DNA of 64,000 nucleotides, taken from IMG/VR virus record IMGVR_UViG_2893967813_000002, positions 1-64,000 of that record; one strand, 5' to 3'. The notes below the pieces were generated by a model, which had not been told where the DNA came from, did no database searches, and saw nothing but the letters and a program-made list of their open reading frames with translations. The stretch comes from a virus (lineage: Duplodnaviria > Caudoviricetes). Of this stretch, positions 20,195 through 29,771 are shown piece after piece. Every line of letters begins with the position of its first letter. Position 1 is the first letter of the stretch. The position numbers were made by a program, and so were the translations under genes.

Positions 20195-20386
20195 ATGGAC
20201 GCTAAAACATTCTTCACGAAGGTTGCCCTTATGCGTAAGGCTCAAAAGGAGTATTTCAAGACACGCAATCAAACAGCCCTACGGAATAGCAAGGCTCTCG
20301 AAGCCGAGATTGACAAAGAGATTGAGCGTGTGAATAACATTATTGGTATAAAACAGCCCAAGCAGACTAAATTATTCAATGATTAA
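20195..20386 (+). CDS. Hypothetical protein
   Basis: MDAKTFFTKVALMRKAQKEYFK; starts just after the MTase. Confidence 0.6.
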   Translation: MDAKTFFTKVALMRKAQKEYFKTRNQTALRNSKALEAEIDKEIERVNNIIGIKQPKQTKLFND

Positions 20387-20398
20387 AATCGAAACGTT

Positions 20399-20635
20399 AT
20401 GTATTCTACAGTATTAAAAGAAATTATGGCATTTTTACTCGGACGAAAGTATTATGCAAATATAATAGCAACAAGAGGTACAACGAAACAAGAAATTTGT
20501 TCCTACATCTTCGCTACAAAAGAAGCTGCTGAGCGGCATCGGGATGAAATTGAAACAACTCTGTCATTCCGGTATATCGAAACTATTTCGTTCCGTTCCC
20601 GAAAAGTCAGTTTGGAAGCGACAGTTAAAAGTTAA
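20399..20635 (+). CDS. Hypothetical protein
   Basis: 78 aa, in operon. Confidence 0.55.
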   Translation: MYSTVLKEIMAFLLGRKYYANIIATRGTTKQEICSYIFATKEAAERHRDEIETTLSFRYIETISFRSRKVSLEATVKS

Positions 20636-20668
20636 ACCATCCGTGCACCCGTTCACTATTTATCTTTG
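20624..20668 (+). promoter_or_regulatory. Putative phage late promoter P1
   Basis: GTTAAAAGTTAAAC 37 nt upstream of TATCTTTG. Confidence 0.5.
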
Positions 20669-20672
20669 AGCT

Positions 20673-21098
20673 ATGATTTTCAAGAAAGTAAAAAAATGGT
20701 GGCAGTCACTTCGGTACTACGTCATTGCCGACCCTGCCGACAACTCTGTAACACTCTCAAAAGCGTTGTTCAATCATATCAAGAACGAAGCCTTTGGGAG
20801 TGATGAGGCTCGCGTGTTTGTGTTTAAAATAACGGATTCAGGATGCTTCGGGTTCATGACAAACCCAAGCATCGAGCAACCTACGCAAATGTGCAATATT
20901 CAGTACAATGGGAAATACCGTTGTATCGGTTTTGAAACACTCTGTCCGTCTGTTGGGCAAATCTTATATACATACGGATTAAATGCTTCACAGTGTGTCA
21001 AATTATCCGTTTCCGTATGCCGTACAGGGCAGGGTAAAGTTTACTATCAAATAGAACGACCCCATGCAAAGCATATTAGGAAATACACGAAAGGCTGA
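20673..21098 (+). CDS. Hypothetical protein
   Basis: 141 aa, first gene after P1. Confidence 0.6.
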   Translation: MIFKKVKKWWQSLRYYVIADPADNSVTLSKALFNHIKNEAFGSDEARVFVFKITDSGCFGFMTNPSIEQPTQMCNIQYNGKYRCIGFETLCPSVGQILYTYGLNASQCVKLSVSVCRTGQGKVYYQIERPHAKHIRKYTKG

Positions 21099-21432
21099 TA
21101 TTACTTTCCACGACAATGGACGTATCAATATATCTTCCAGAGTGTCCAAGTTATTGGAATTGTCACATGGTGATGTGATTGATATAATGGACGGACAGGG
21201 TGAAATATATCTGTATGTCAAGCACCGTGTGCCGGTTGTCGGTAGGCACGAGGGGATGGTATTCCGTTCCAATAAGAACGGAAATCATTGTATAGCCTCA
21301 TCCGTGATACTCTGCCGTTACATAATTACAAGGTGCGGAGGAAGTGGAAAGGTACGGTTGTGTTGTGGGACTCCTGTAGAATTGCAACACTACGGGAAAG
21401 CATTGCCGATTATAATTAAATACATATTGTGA
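21064..21432 (+). CDS. Hypothetical protein
   Basis: 122 aa, overlaps previous gene. Confidence 0.6.
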   Translation: MQSILGNTRKADITFHDNGRINISSRVSKLLELSHGDVIDIMDGQGEIYLYVKHRVPVVGRHEGMVFRSNKNGNHCIASSVILCRYIITRCGGSGKVRLCCGTPVELQHYGKALPIIIKYIL

Positions 21433-21433
21433 T

Positions 21434-24130
21434 ATGATTAAAGAGATTAAATACAATGGTTATACCGCCAATCCGTCCGACTACGCATGTCCGGACGGAG
21501 ATTTGGCAACATCAATAGGCTTTATTCCCGAAGATGGTTCACTTAAATCTATATTGCCACCATCTGAGGTGTTCCGGCTTGAAAGTGGGGCATCTGTCAT
21601 GTATATCCATGAAACGGCAAACATAAAACATTACATCATCTTCAAAAACAATGCGATTAGTTGGTGGGACGGCACAGATGAGCATGAACAGGTATCTCTT
21701 CGTACATTCAAGGAGATATACCAAATAAATGCCATTGGAAACACACTTCTCGTTTTGTCGGAAGATGGTATGCATTATTTCCTATGGAAAGGAAATGACG
21801 ATGGGTATTTGTACCTCGGTACTAAAATTCCCGAATGCCCTTTGTCATTTGGTTTGCAAGGGGAAATGGTTCGCACGGATGAGTTCTCCATATCATTTGA
21901 TGCCATTAACGAAGGTAGTATTTGGAATGAATTTTCAGATAGTAATAAAACACGAATAACAGACCAAGTACTTGCACATGTAAACAAGTTTATTGCAGAG
22001 AGGTCAACCAATAAAGGAAAATTCCTTTTCCCGTTCTTTGTCCGATACGCCTATCGCCTATACGATGGAACTTTGACAATGCATTCTGCCCCTATTCTGA
22101 TGATTGCTTCATCTGACCTCGCACCGCAGGTTTTTTGGACGCACCTAACAGGAAAGGGGAAATATACGGATGCACAGCTGCGTGTATGCGGAATGCTACA
22201 CGACCTTGACTATGCAGTCATTCATAATTCACGGCTTGAAATGATTAAGAATTGGAGAGATATTGTTCGCTCGGTAGATGTTTTTGTTTCAAAACCGATT
22301 TATACATACGACCAAAACGGGAAATGCACACGGTTTGCTCAATCAGAAAGTTATAATTCTTATTGCGTATGCAAGCATACCAATCAGGCTGCATCAACTT
22401 CAAAATACCCTCTTCGTTATCAGCGTCATACATTCAATAAACTGTATGCTTTTACTTTTGACCCGAACGGATTGACATATCCTGCCGGACGTTTGATGAT
22501 TCCTCGTAGGAGCATTGATGATGTCAAAGAGGATATTCGCTCCACATCACAGTTCTATTTACTTGAGAGTATTCCTGTAGAGCAGCTTACAACGGCACGG
22601 ACAAAATTGGTTGTTGAGGAAGACTATTTGCAGTCACTTGTCACTCGTGAGGTTATGACGGACGATTATGATAGCCATGATAAATTGTTGCCTAATTATT
22701 CTTTTGTGTATAACTCAAGGCTCAATCTTGCCAATATCAGGAAAGAACTATATGACTTATATAATATTGGGGCAATGATACCATATACCAATGGTTATGT
22801 CGCACTCTGGAATGGAATGCCACCTACTCACATGGATGGAACGATGGGAGCGACCGTTTACTTTTATATAAAACAAGATGGCCGGGATATTGTGGTTAGT
22901 GGAGAATCCTATCAGGTTTCATTCTATAGTCCTCCATTCTTATTTTTGTTCTATCCCAATATAAACGCATATAAAGCAGTCATTGTAACTCACTATGGCA
23001 TTCCTATGTATTATGAAGTCACATTGGAACAACATAAATTCCTCAATGGGTCTTTCTATTTTGCCGGTTGGGAAAATCCGAAAGAAGGTAGTAGCAGCTA
23101 TCCTACTACAAGCCCATTGGTGGAAAGAATCATTGATTTGCCCAACAAAATATATACATCGGAAGTGAACAACCCGTTTCATTTTCCGGTACTCGGCATC
23201 AATACGGTTGGAACAGGAACTATTCTCGGCATTTGCGCTGCTGTGAAAGCATTGTCTGAAGGTCAGTTTGGACAGTTTCCTCTTTATGCCTTTACTACGG
23301 AAGGAGTATGGGCATTGGAAGTGTCTGCTACAGGAACATACTCTGCCAAACAACCGATTACTCGTGATGTGGTCATCAATCCCGACAGCATTACCCAGAT
23401 TGACACTGCCGTCCTGTTTGCTACCGATAGAGGTATTATGCACATCAGCGGCTCGTCCACACAATGTATATCCGACATCCTGAATACGGAGGATTTGTTC
23501 AGCATTGCCGACCTGCCTAAGTCTGATGCGTTGATAAACATCTTCAACGAAAAATCCGATGAAAGCGAAAAGATTACACTCGCAGACATCACGCTGTTGC
23601 CGTTCAACGAATTTCTACGAGGTTGCCGTATGGTGTATGACTATACCCACCAACACATCATCGTATATAACAGTGCAGTGCGTTATGCTTATGTTTTCTC
23701 TTTGAAGTCAAAATTGTGGGGTATGATGTATTCCGATATTGTGGCTAATGTCAATTCCTATCCCGAAGCATTTGCCATGGCAGAAGGTTCGAGATTGGTC
23801 GATTTCTCCAAGTCTAATGCTGAGAATATAACAGCTCTAATTATTACTCGTCCGTTCAAGATGGATGCACCCGATTCGTTCAAGACTATAAATACTATCA
23901 TACAGCGTGGTATGTTCCACTCGACCCATATCCGGCAGGTGCTGTATGGTTCAAACGACCTCATACATTGGCACGTTGTATGGAGCAGCGTGAATAACAT
24001 TATGCGAGGCTTCAGGGGTACACCCTATAAATCCTACCGCCTTGCTCTTGTCTGCCGTTTTGATAAAGCGGAAAGCATATATGGATGTACCGTGGTGTTC
24101 GAGCCGCGTTTGACAAACCAAGTACGATAG
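21434..24130 (+). CDS. Probable tail tubular/stabilisation (nozzle) protein of a short tail
   Basis: 898 aa; C-terminal FGQFPLYAFTTEGVWALEV...QIDTAVLFATDRG beta-rich pattern as seen in P22 gp10/T7 gp12-like proteins. Confidence 0.5.
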   Translation: MIKEIKYNGYTANPSDYACPDGDLATSIGFIPEDGSLKSILPPSEVFRLESGASVMYIHETANIKHYIIFKNNAISWWDGTDEHEQVSLRTFKEIYQINAIGNTLLVLSEDGMHYFLWKGNDDGYLYLGTKIPECPLSFGLQGEMVRTDEFSISFDAINEGSIWNEFSDSNKTRITDQVLAHVNKFIAERSTNKGKFLFPFFVRYAYRLYDGTLTMHSAPILMIASSDLAPQVFWTHLTGKGKYTDAQLRVCGMLHDLDYAVIHNSRLEMIKNWRDIVRSVDVFVSKPIYTYDQNGKCTRFAQSESYNSYCVCKHTNQAASTSKYPLRYQRHTFNKLYAFTFDPNGLTYPAGRLMIPRRSIDDVKEDIRSTSQFYLLESIPVEQLTTARTKLVVEEDYLQSLVTREVMTDDYDSHDKLLPNYSFVYNSRLNLANIRKELYDLYNIGAMIPYTNGYVALWNGMPPTHMDGTMGATVYFYIKQDGRDIVVSGESYQVSFYSPPFLFLFYPNINAYKAVIVTHYGIPMYYEVTLEQHKFLNGSFYFAGWENPKEGSSSYPTTSPLVERIIDLPNKIYTSEVNNPFHFPVLGINTVGTGTILGICAAVKALSEGQFGQFPLYAFTTEGVWALEVSATGTYSAKQPITRDVVINPDSITQIDTAVLFATDRGIMHISGSSTQCISDILNTEDLFSIADLPKSDALINIFNEKSDESEKITLADITLLPFNEFLRGCRMVYDYTHQHIIVYNSAVRYAYVFSLKSKLWGMMYSDIVANVNSYPEAFAMAEGSRLVDFSKSNAENITALIITRPFKMDAPDSFKTINTIIQRGMFHSTHIRQVLYGSNDLIHWHVVWSSVNNIMRGFRGTPYKSYRLALVCRFDKAESIYGCTVVFEPRLTNQVR

Positions 24131-24163
24131 TTTTCAGGTAAAACAGATTGTTTATAAAGAAGA

Positions 24164-24196
24164 AAGAGCCGGAATGCGTGATGCACCTCGGCTCTT
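24164..24196. terminator. Terminator between convergent late genes
   Basis: AAGAGCCG/CGGCTCTT stem. Confidence 0.6.
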
Positions 24197-24201
24197 GTCA
24201 T

Positions 24202-24732
24202 TTAAAACGGCTTGCATTTCCGTCTTATCTTGCCTTTTCTTGATACAAGCGATGTCTGTATCTTTCTTTTCAGTTCCTTGAATTTCCCCTCCCAATTCGC
24301 TTGACTACCTGGATTGGTGATGCTCATCCAATCGGCAAGAACCCTGCATACAAGATACTCGTGTATCAGATGCTTCAGCAGCTTCACCGTAGTCATTGAA
24401 AAGCCAACCGGCAAATTCAGTACAATATCGTATGCTTCAGGAGCAGTCAGTACATTATCGAAATTTTCTTGCGTCTCGCCTATTTCCGTTTTTGTATAGG
24501 GAAAAAGCATTTCCACACATTCGGCATGGGCAAGATTCAGTACCCTTGTTACCCGGTCAATATTTCCTTTCTGACCGATGTCGAATACCTGATGCCGGGC
24601 GTGTACATCGTCTGTTTTCATGATGTCGCCCTCAACAAACGAATAGTTCTCGGCATCATATATCAGTTCCGACCGTTTGAATGTCAGTGTTACAGATTTA
24701 GTCTGTAGCTGATTATCATTACAGCAATACAT
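24202..24732 (-). CDS. Putative head-tail adaptor/ring protein (paralogue 3)
   Basis: VTLTFKRSELIYDAEN...HEYLVCRVLADW; similar to the two upstream genes. Confidence 0.5.
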   Translation of the reverse strand: MYCCNDNQLQTKSVTLTFKRSELIYDAENYSFVEGDIMKTDDVHARHQVFDIGQKGNIDRVTRVLNLAHAECVEMLFPYTKTEIGETQENFDNVLTAPEAYDIVLNLPVGFSMTTVKLLKHLIHEYLVCRVLADWMSITNPGSQANWEGKFKELKRKIQTSLVSRKGKIRRKCKPF

Positions 24733-25250
24733 TATTTATTGTATGTCGGTCGTTCCGGGCGACTGCGTTTATACAAAGCACGCTTCACATTCTCCAACGA
24801 CACTCCCGAATGGGAAATATAGGTTTCTGCATCCTCCTTGTTGGTAATGGCGAACCAATCTCCAAGTGCCATGTCCACAAGGTAAGAATGTATGCCGTTT
24901 CCCAATGCGTCTGCCGATGAGTTATTGTAGTTGCTTGGCAACTCAAACGAAAGTTCAAGCACTCCGTCATTGTCAATCTGTTCGGCAATAAGGTTGTCGC
25001 TCGTGGTTTTGTCTTCCGACAGATATTCTCCGAGCAGGCTTTTTAGAGCCGAGAAAGCGTTGGCCAAGGAACGGCGGATTTGGTAGCTGTTCTCATCGTC
25101 ATCACTTGCTTGCATGTTAGAGGCGGCTTCGTATGTCTTTTTGCCTTCTGCCTCTCGTGCCTGCCCGGTCAGGTATGCCTTGTTCTGAATGTCATAGATA
25201 AGTTCTTTGACTTGTTGCGTGACGGTCAATGTCTTTTTGTTCTCTGCCAT
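24732..25250 (-). CDS. Putative head-tail adaptor/ring protein (paralogue 2)
   Basis: LTVTQQVKELIYDIQN...HSYLVDMALGDW...RPERPTY. Confidence 0.5.
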   Translation of the reverse strand: MAENKKTLTVTQQVKELIYDIQNKAYLTGQAREAEGKKTYEAASNMQASDDDENSYQIRRSLANAFSALKSLLGEYLSEDKTTSDNLIAEQIDNDGVLELSFELPSNYNNSSADALGNGIHSYLVDMALGDWFAITNKEDAETYISHSGVSLENVKRALYKRSRPERPTYNK

Positions 25251-25261
25251 AATACATTTAT

Positions 25262-25720
25262 TTAATTGTTACTCGTATCGTATGTAGGGCGCATTGGCTT
25301 TTTCTTGAAAAACGCTTTGCGCATGATGTCCTCCAAATAGGTAGCGGCTTCCGAAGCATATCCGGTTGCTTCATTCTTGTTGGTAAATGTGTACCACTTG
25401 GCCGTGATGTTCATCACGAAGAATGAAAATAGGCTGCGTTGCATACTGGCAGTCAGACTGTCATCGAATGCTGTTGATAAACCTAATGTCAAAGAATACT
25501 CACCGTCCGTTTCTTTCTCCGATATAAGTACTTTTTTCAAACTATTGCAAACCATATTCTTACACTCGTTCCAAAAGCGTTCAAGGATGGATTTATCCTC
25601 TTCGGTGGTCGAAATGGTTTCGTAGGCATGTTCATCATCCATCTTTGCCCCAGTGTATTCCGTTGTCTTTGCTACTTCCTCATACACGGTTTCTTTATTG
25701 ATTTTCAATACTATCTCCAT
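25262..25720 (-). CDS. Putative head-tail adaptor/ring protein (paralogue 1)
   Basis: IVLKINKETVYEEVAK...FSFFVMNITAKW...KPMRPTY. Confidence 0.5.
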   Translation of the reverse strand: MEIVLKINKETVYEEVAKTTEYTGAKMDDEHAYETISTTEEDKSILERFWNECKNMVCNSLKKVLISEKETDGEYSLTLGLSTAFDDSLTASMQRSLFSFFVMNITAKWYTFTNKNEATGYASEAATYLEDIMRKAFFKKKPMRPTYDTSNN

Positions 25721-25722
25721 AT

Positions 25723-26289
25723 TTAAAAACTAAATAGGTTATACGATATGCCCACTCCGAGGTAAGGGGCGAACTGTGGAGTTCCTCTCAATGTCATCCC
25801 ATAGCCGACCTGTATGCCGATGCTCCATCTCTTGGGCTTTGGGCGTTTGGTTATGGTCATGGTTTCATGCGGCATACGCAATATCAGGCTGTCAAGGCTT
25901 GTATTGTATCCGCTCACGTATGCTGTATAGGTGCTATCCTCATACACTTTCTGCGTAATCGGTATAAACACGTCCGCACTATCTGGAACGCTTTTGTCGA
26001 AATTCCCTAAACTATCCTGCGTATTGGGTACAAAATCGGGCGTTTTTGGGGGCGTTTCGGGTAATTTGGGAACGCTTACCGGCAATTTTGCGATTATATT
26101 TCCCAATGGCAAGGCCGCTTTGGGAACAGGCTTATAGTAAGGAATCGTGTCATACACCGTCACCCTGACCGTGTCCGGCACCGCTGATTTCTCCTTGTGT
26201 CCGTTCAACCCCTTACCCCCATTCCACAGAACAGAGCCGATAAGCAGCATCAACAGCACGCACAACAATATGTTTTTAGTCCTTTCCAT
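25723..26289 (-). CDS. Membrane-anchored lysis-cassette protein (DUF6808/spanin-like)
   Basis: N-terminal TM segment, Pro-rich linker, KRWSIGIQVGYG C-terminus; follows the endolysin. Confidence 0.55.
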   Translation of the reverse strand: MERTKNILLCVLLMLLIGSVLWNGGKGLNGHKEKSAVPDTVRVTVYDTIPYYKPVPKAALPLGNIIAKLPVSVPKLPETPPKTPDFVPNTQDSLGNFDKSVPDSADVFIPITQKVYEDSTYTAYVSGYNTSLDSLILRMPHETMTITKRPKPKRWSIGIQVGYGMTLRGTPQFAPYLGVGISYNLFSF

Positions 26290-26873
26290 ACTTGTAATCC
26301 CAATCCGTCAATGCTGTAACATGAGTTCGCACAATGGCATCACGCCCTTTATCTGAAGTAAGGTAAGCTACATCCTGCTCATTGTCCATGAAAAAGTTTT
26401 CCGTAAGGACTGCAGGGCATTTTGTTTTGCGCAGGATATAGAAAGCTTCTTCCCAGTCAGGGTCACCGTCCGATAAACCTTACGGATTGTAAGTCCGGCA
26501 AAATTCTTTTCCGCTTCGGCATACAGCATGGTGGCAAGTTCATCGCTCTTGGTTTTGCCTTTGCTTGTATAGGCACTCCAACCACGGGCCTTGCCCCATT
26601 CACCGTTTTTCGATGCGTTGCAATGAATGGAAACAAGTACCACATTCTCAGCACCAAAACGCCCACAAATCTCATTCACACGTCTTACTCGTTCTTCAAG
26701 GGGTATGTCTTCGCTTTCGGTTACAATGCGCTCCGCATCAATGCCCAAAAATTTCAACTCTCCCTCGATGCTTTTTGCTATTTCTCGTGCGTAGCTGTAT
26801 TCTCTGAACTTACCGTCAGGCTACGTTTTCCCGGAGTATTCTCGCCATGTCCGTTGTCAATCAATATTTTCAT
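26276..26873 (-). CDS. N-acetylmuramoyl-L-alanine amidase endolysin (Amidase_3); several frameshifts
   Basis: MKILIDNGHGENTPGKRS, FREY, VSIHCNA, ARGWSAYTSKG, LTENFFMDN across frames. Confidence 0.85.
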
Positions 26874-26891
26874 GCTTGGTAATTTATTGGG

Positions 26892-27251
26892 TTAGTATTC
26901 GCTTGGCGGAATTCGGTCTGCACAACCGTGTTTGTTACATTTTCGGAATTCCAGTGCCTGATTTTGAACGGCAAGTTCGCTGTTCTTTTCACTTAGTTCG
27001 CGGATAGTGTCGCGATATTGGGTTATCTCAGTATAAAGGTGGTCAATCTTTGCGTCCAGTTCGGCAACCCGCTTTTCTTTCTTCTCGTACAATTCTTTCC
27101 ACTCCGCAGCATAAGCTGTGATGTTGTCCGCCTCAGCTTTCTCAGCCTCGGAATCTGCTTTTTTTGTCTTGCTTTTAATCAATAGTAAGGGTAATATCAC
27201 CAATGTGATGAGAGAACCGATAACTTGGATAATCGTGCTTAATTGCTCCAT
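26892..27251 (-). CDS. Holin-like protein (1 TM + coiled coil)
   Basis: N-terminal TM then coiled coil, directly upstream of the endolysin. Confidence 0.5.
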   Translation of the reverse strand: MEQLSTIIQVIGSLITLVILPLLLIKSKTKKADSEAEKAEADNITAYAAEWKELYEKKEKRVAELDAKIDHLYTEITQYRDTIRELSEKNSELAVQNQALEFRKCNKHGCADRIPPSEY

Positions 27252-27484
27252 ATCAAAGTTCCTCCAATTAAACATCCCAAACAAACTCCGGCTATCGTTA
27301 AACCGAAATCAATCCAATCCCATTTGCCGCCATGCGCCTTGTCCTTATATTCCAATGCACCTGCCGTCAATACTCCGGCATACACCCCGGTAAACCAACC
27401 GAGTGCAAAAATGCCGATAATCAGTCCTCCAATGAGGTGTTTCCACCTGTTGCTCATTCCGAGCCAATCAATAAACTTTTTCAT
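27239..27484 (-). CDS. Small membrane protein in the lysis cassette
   Basis: 2-3 Gly-rich TM segments, KDKAHGGKWDWIDFGLT. Confidence 0.55.
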   Translation of the reverse strand: MKKFIDWLGMSNRWKHLIGGLIIGIFALGWFTGVYAGVLTAGALEYKDKAHGGKWDWIDFGLTIAGVCLGCLIGGTLIWSN

Positions 27485-27492
27485 TGTCATCG

Positions 27493-27975
27493 CTATTTTA
27501 AATTAAACATAGTCCAATCCACACTGTCTTTTTCCCTCCATCCGTCCTGAACGGTCTTTATCACATAGGCACACACCGATTGGGAGAACGCAATAAAATC
27601 ATCTGCATTCTCGAAAGTATGATAGATGGGCGTACCATCTTCCTGTTCGTTGATTTTTAGGGTAAGCGGATAAGGGATGTTTTCACTTCGCTCTATGGCG
27701 GAAAAGTTCAGTTGGTTCTCGGTAGAAAGGTATATCTGCTTCTTGTTCCAGACAAAACCGTTTATAATCTTCTCCTCCGTTGTCTTGTTTATAGCGGACA
27801 CGACAATCTCTTTGACCTCGGAAAGTGTAGGCTTGCGGTTGAATGTATGCCTGTATTCCCAACCGCTTTCACTCTTTTCATCGTCTTTCCAAAAGCCAAA
27901 AAACAATATCCACTTGGAGCGTCCTGTACGCACAAGACAATCCTGCCGCTGCTTTGTGCCGTAAATCTTTTCCAT
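27493..27975 (-). CDS. DUF4376-like tail-fibre-associated protein
   Basis: INGFVWNKKQIYLSTENQLN...GWREKDSVDW pattern. Confidence 0.5.
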   Translation of the reverse strand: MEKIYGTKQRQDCLVRTGRSKWILFFGFWKDDEKSESGWEYRHTFNRKPTLSEVKEIVVSAINKTTEEKIINGFVWNKKQIYLSTENQLNFSAIERSENIPYPLTLKINEQEDGTPIYHTFENADDFIAFSQSVCAYVIKTVQDGWREKDSVDWTMFNLK

Positions 27976-27997
27976 TTTTGTGAGTTTTGATTTCAGG

Positions 27998-28041
27998 CAA
28001 AAATAGCGGAATCCAAGTGGATTAATATGTTATCCTTTTAC
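27998..28041 (-). promoter_or_regulatory. Putative phage late promoter P2 (lysis/tail operon)
   Basis: GTAAAAGGATAACA 36 nt upstream of TATTTTTG. Confidence 0.55.
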
Positions 28042-28043
28042 CA

Positions 28044-29531
28044 TCAGGTAAAATTGTATTTTCTCTTTCCTCCGTCAAATACCTCGCATTTGAGAACCGT
28101 TTCAAATGGGAAACCATCTTCAATGTCGCTGATTTGGTCAAGAATGCCTTTCATCTCAACAGAAGCTGTAAAGAACTTTCCCCATTCTTGGGTTGTAGGA
28201 TTGCGGAAAGATACAAGATAACGGTCTTCTCCTTCTTTGGTATCTATACCCGTTTCAAAATCATGTATCTCAATTGGTATATTTACGATGTCACTCAATC
28301 TCATTACTTTTCCGGGAAAGCGTTTCTTTCCGTCAGCAGGAGTATATGTAACTCCCATTTCTGAAAATTTCTTCATTTTCTTGTTTGTAAGTATGTAAAA
28401 CAAATGTTTGCAATCAGCATGGCAAGCCATTCCTTTGAATGAACCTATGATTTCCTGCCTTCTTTTGCGTGATTTGACTTTGGCAAGATTTCTGGCTGCA
28501 TTCTGTTTCGTCCGTTTCCTTAGCAAGGAATACTCCCCGAAATTCACATAACCCAAAGCATCCATGCCGGATGAAATGGGGGCGACTTTCTCGCTGGGCT
28601 TGATGGTCAGTCCAAGTTTGGCACTTTCTTCATGTAGGCAATTCCTTAGTCTCCACAACTCCTTTTTGCTTTCGCCGAGGATAAAGGTGTCATCACAAAA
28701 ACGGAAATAATATGACGCACCGTGCTGTTCTATCATCGCATGGTCAAGGTCATTTAGATACAGGTTGCCGAAAAACTGGGAGGAACGAAGTCCCTTGCTG
28801 ATACCGGCATCCGCATCGGGATATAACACTTTGACAAAATTCTCCAATATCGGCAGCAAAATCGGGTCGGCGATGTATTTCCTGATTTTGTCTATCAATA
28901 TGCTATGAACGATATGGTCATAGTAGCCTTGATAGTCTGATTGATAGAAGTATTTCAGGTTTGGATTTGCTTTCATTGCGGCTTGAATGGCATGAAACAA
29001 ACCTTGCGGCCCTCTTCCCTTGATGGAAGCTGCAGTTGTCTCTATCAGAATGGGAGTAAGTTTTTCCTCTATGATTTCCATAATGGCATTACTGCCCATC
29101 CTTTCAAAGACAGCAGGGGCTTGGACTGTCCGTATTTTAGGACCGTCTTTCGTTTCAAAGGATTTTAGCGTGTTGACTCGGAAAATTCCATTTCCTATCT
29201 GTTCTTTCATTTTTGCAAGTATGGTATCTCGATTGAGTACATATCGTACTTGGCGTGCTGTGTACTTCTTTCCATCAATTAAGACAGAGTTCCTTTTTTC
29301 TGCTTCGGTAGAGGATTGGCTGAGGTTTGACAGCACACGCTTGAATGACGACAATAGGTTTTCTTCCGTTATTATTTCGGGGATGAGGTTGTATAAAGGA
29401 TAACTGACCGAAGGTGTTCCCCCGGTCAGTCCTATAAAATTGTCCGTATCATCATAGACCGCCTTCCGGTCCCGTGAGGAGGATATGAAACCCTCCTCAC
29501 TTGTGGTTAAAGATATGTTCCGGCTTTCCAT
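28044..29531 (-). CDS. DGR reverse transcriptase with C-terminal extension (true start may be downstream of 29531)
   Basis: KIRTVQAP..FERM, AASIKGRG, QSDYQGYYDHI, GLRSSQFFGNLYL (DGR-type SQ), YFRFCDD catalytic motif, DALGY. Confidence 0.93.
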   Translation of the reverse strand: MESRNISLTTSEEGFISSSRDRKAVYDDTDNFIGLTGGTPSVSYPLYNLIPEIITEENLLSSFKRVLSNLSQSSTEAEKRNSVLIDGKKYTARQVRYVLNRDTILAKMKEQIGNGIFRVNTLKSFETKDGPKIRTVQAPAVFERMGSNAIMEIIEEKLTPILIETTAASIKGRGPQGLFHAIQAAMKANPNLKYFYQSDYQGYYDHIVHSILIDKIRKYIADPILLPILENFVKVLYPDADAGISKGLRSSQFFGNLYLNDLDHAMIEQHGASYYFRFCDDTFILGESKKELWRLRNCLHEESAKLGLTIKPSEKVAPISSGMDALGYVNFGEYSLLRKRTKQNAARNLAKVKSRKRRQEIIGSFKGMACHADCKHLFYILTNKKMKKFSEMGVTYTPADGKKRFPGKVMRLSDIVNIPIEIHDFETGIDTKEGEDRYLVSFRNPTTQEWGKFFTASVEMKGILDQISDIEDGFPFETVLKCEVFDGGKRKYNFT

Positions 29532-29636
29532 AAATAATATATTATAATGCTTTTGCCGAGGCGCGAACCCCTCGGAGAATATAATTGCCCAACTCGTAGG
29601 CGTATAGGGTCTCCGATTAGTTAACCATCAGAATTT
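29457..29636 (-). ncRNA. Structured spacer of the DGR template RNA (between TR and RT)
   Basis: Hairpins CCGAGG/CCTCGG (29556-75), GTGAGGAGG/CCTCCTCAC (29474-500), GACCG/CGGTC (29457-71). Confidence 0.5.
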
Positions 29637-29746
29637 GAGCCGACCACCGTAGTTCGTGTTCGAGTTCGAAGATGCGTTGTTCGCGTTCGCATAAGCGAGA
29701 CCGGAGTTCGCATTCGAGTTGTTGCCAGACCGAAGAACACAGCGGC
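29637..29746 (-). repeat. DGR template repeat (TR)
   Basis: 110-bp non-coding copy of VR; 10 AAC/AAT codons in the target frame (RCVLRSGNNSNANSGLAYANANNASSNSNTNYGGRL). Confidence 0.96.
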
Positions 29747-29771
29747 GCGCGGGGTTGTCTGCCTTTATGTA

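Noticed and set aside
28044-29531. Group II intron, retron or Abi RT
   Set aside because: SQ motif instead of PQG, no intron domain V or maturase/endonuclease, and an adenine-specific TR/VR pair is present
29637-29746. CRISPR-like periodic GTTCG pattern
   Set aside because: The periodicity comes from repeated AAC codons on the minus strand; no repeat-spacer array and no cas genes
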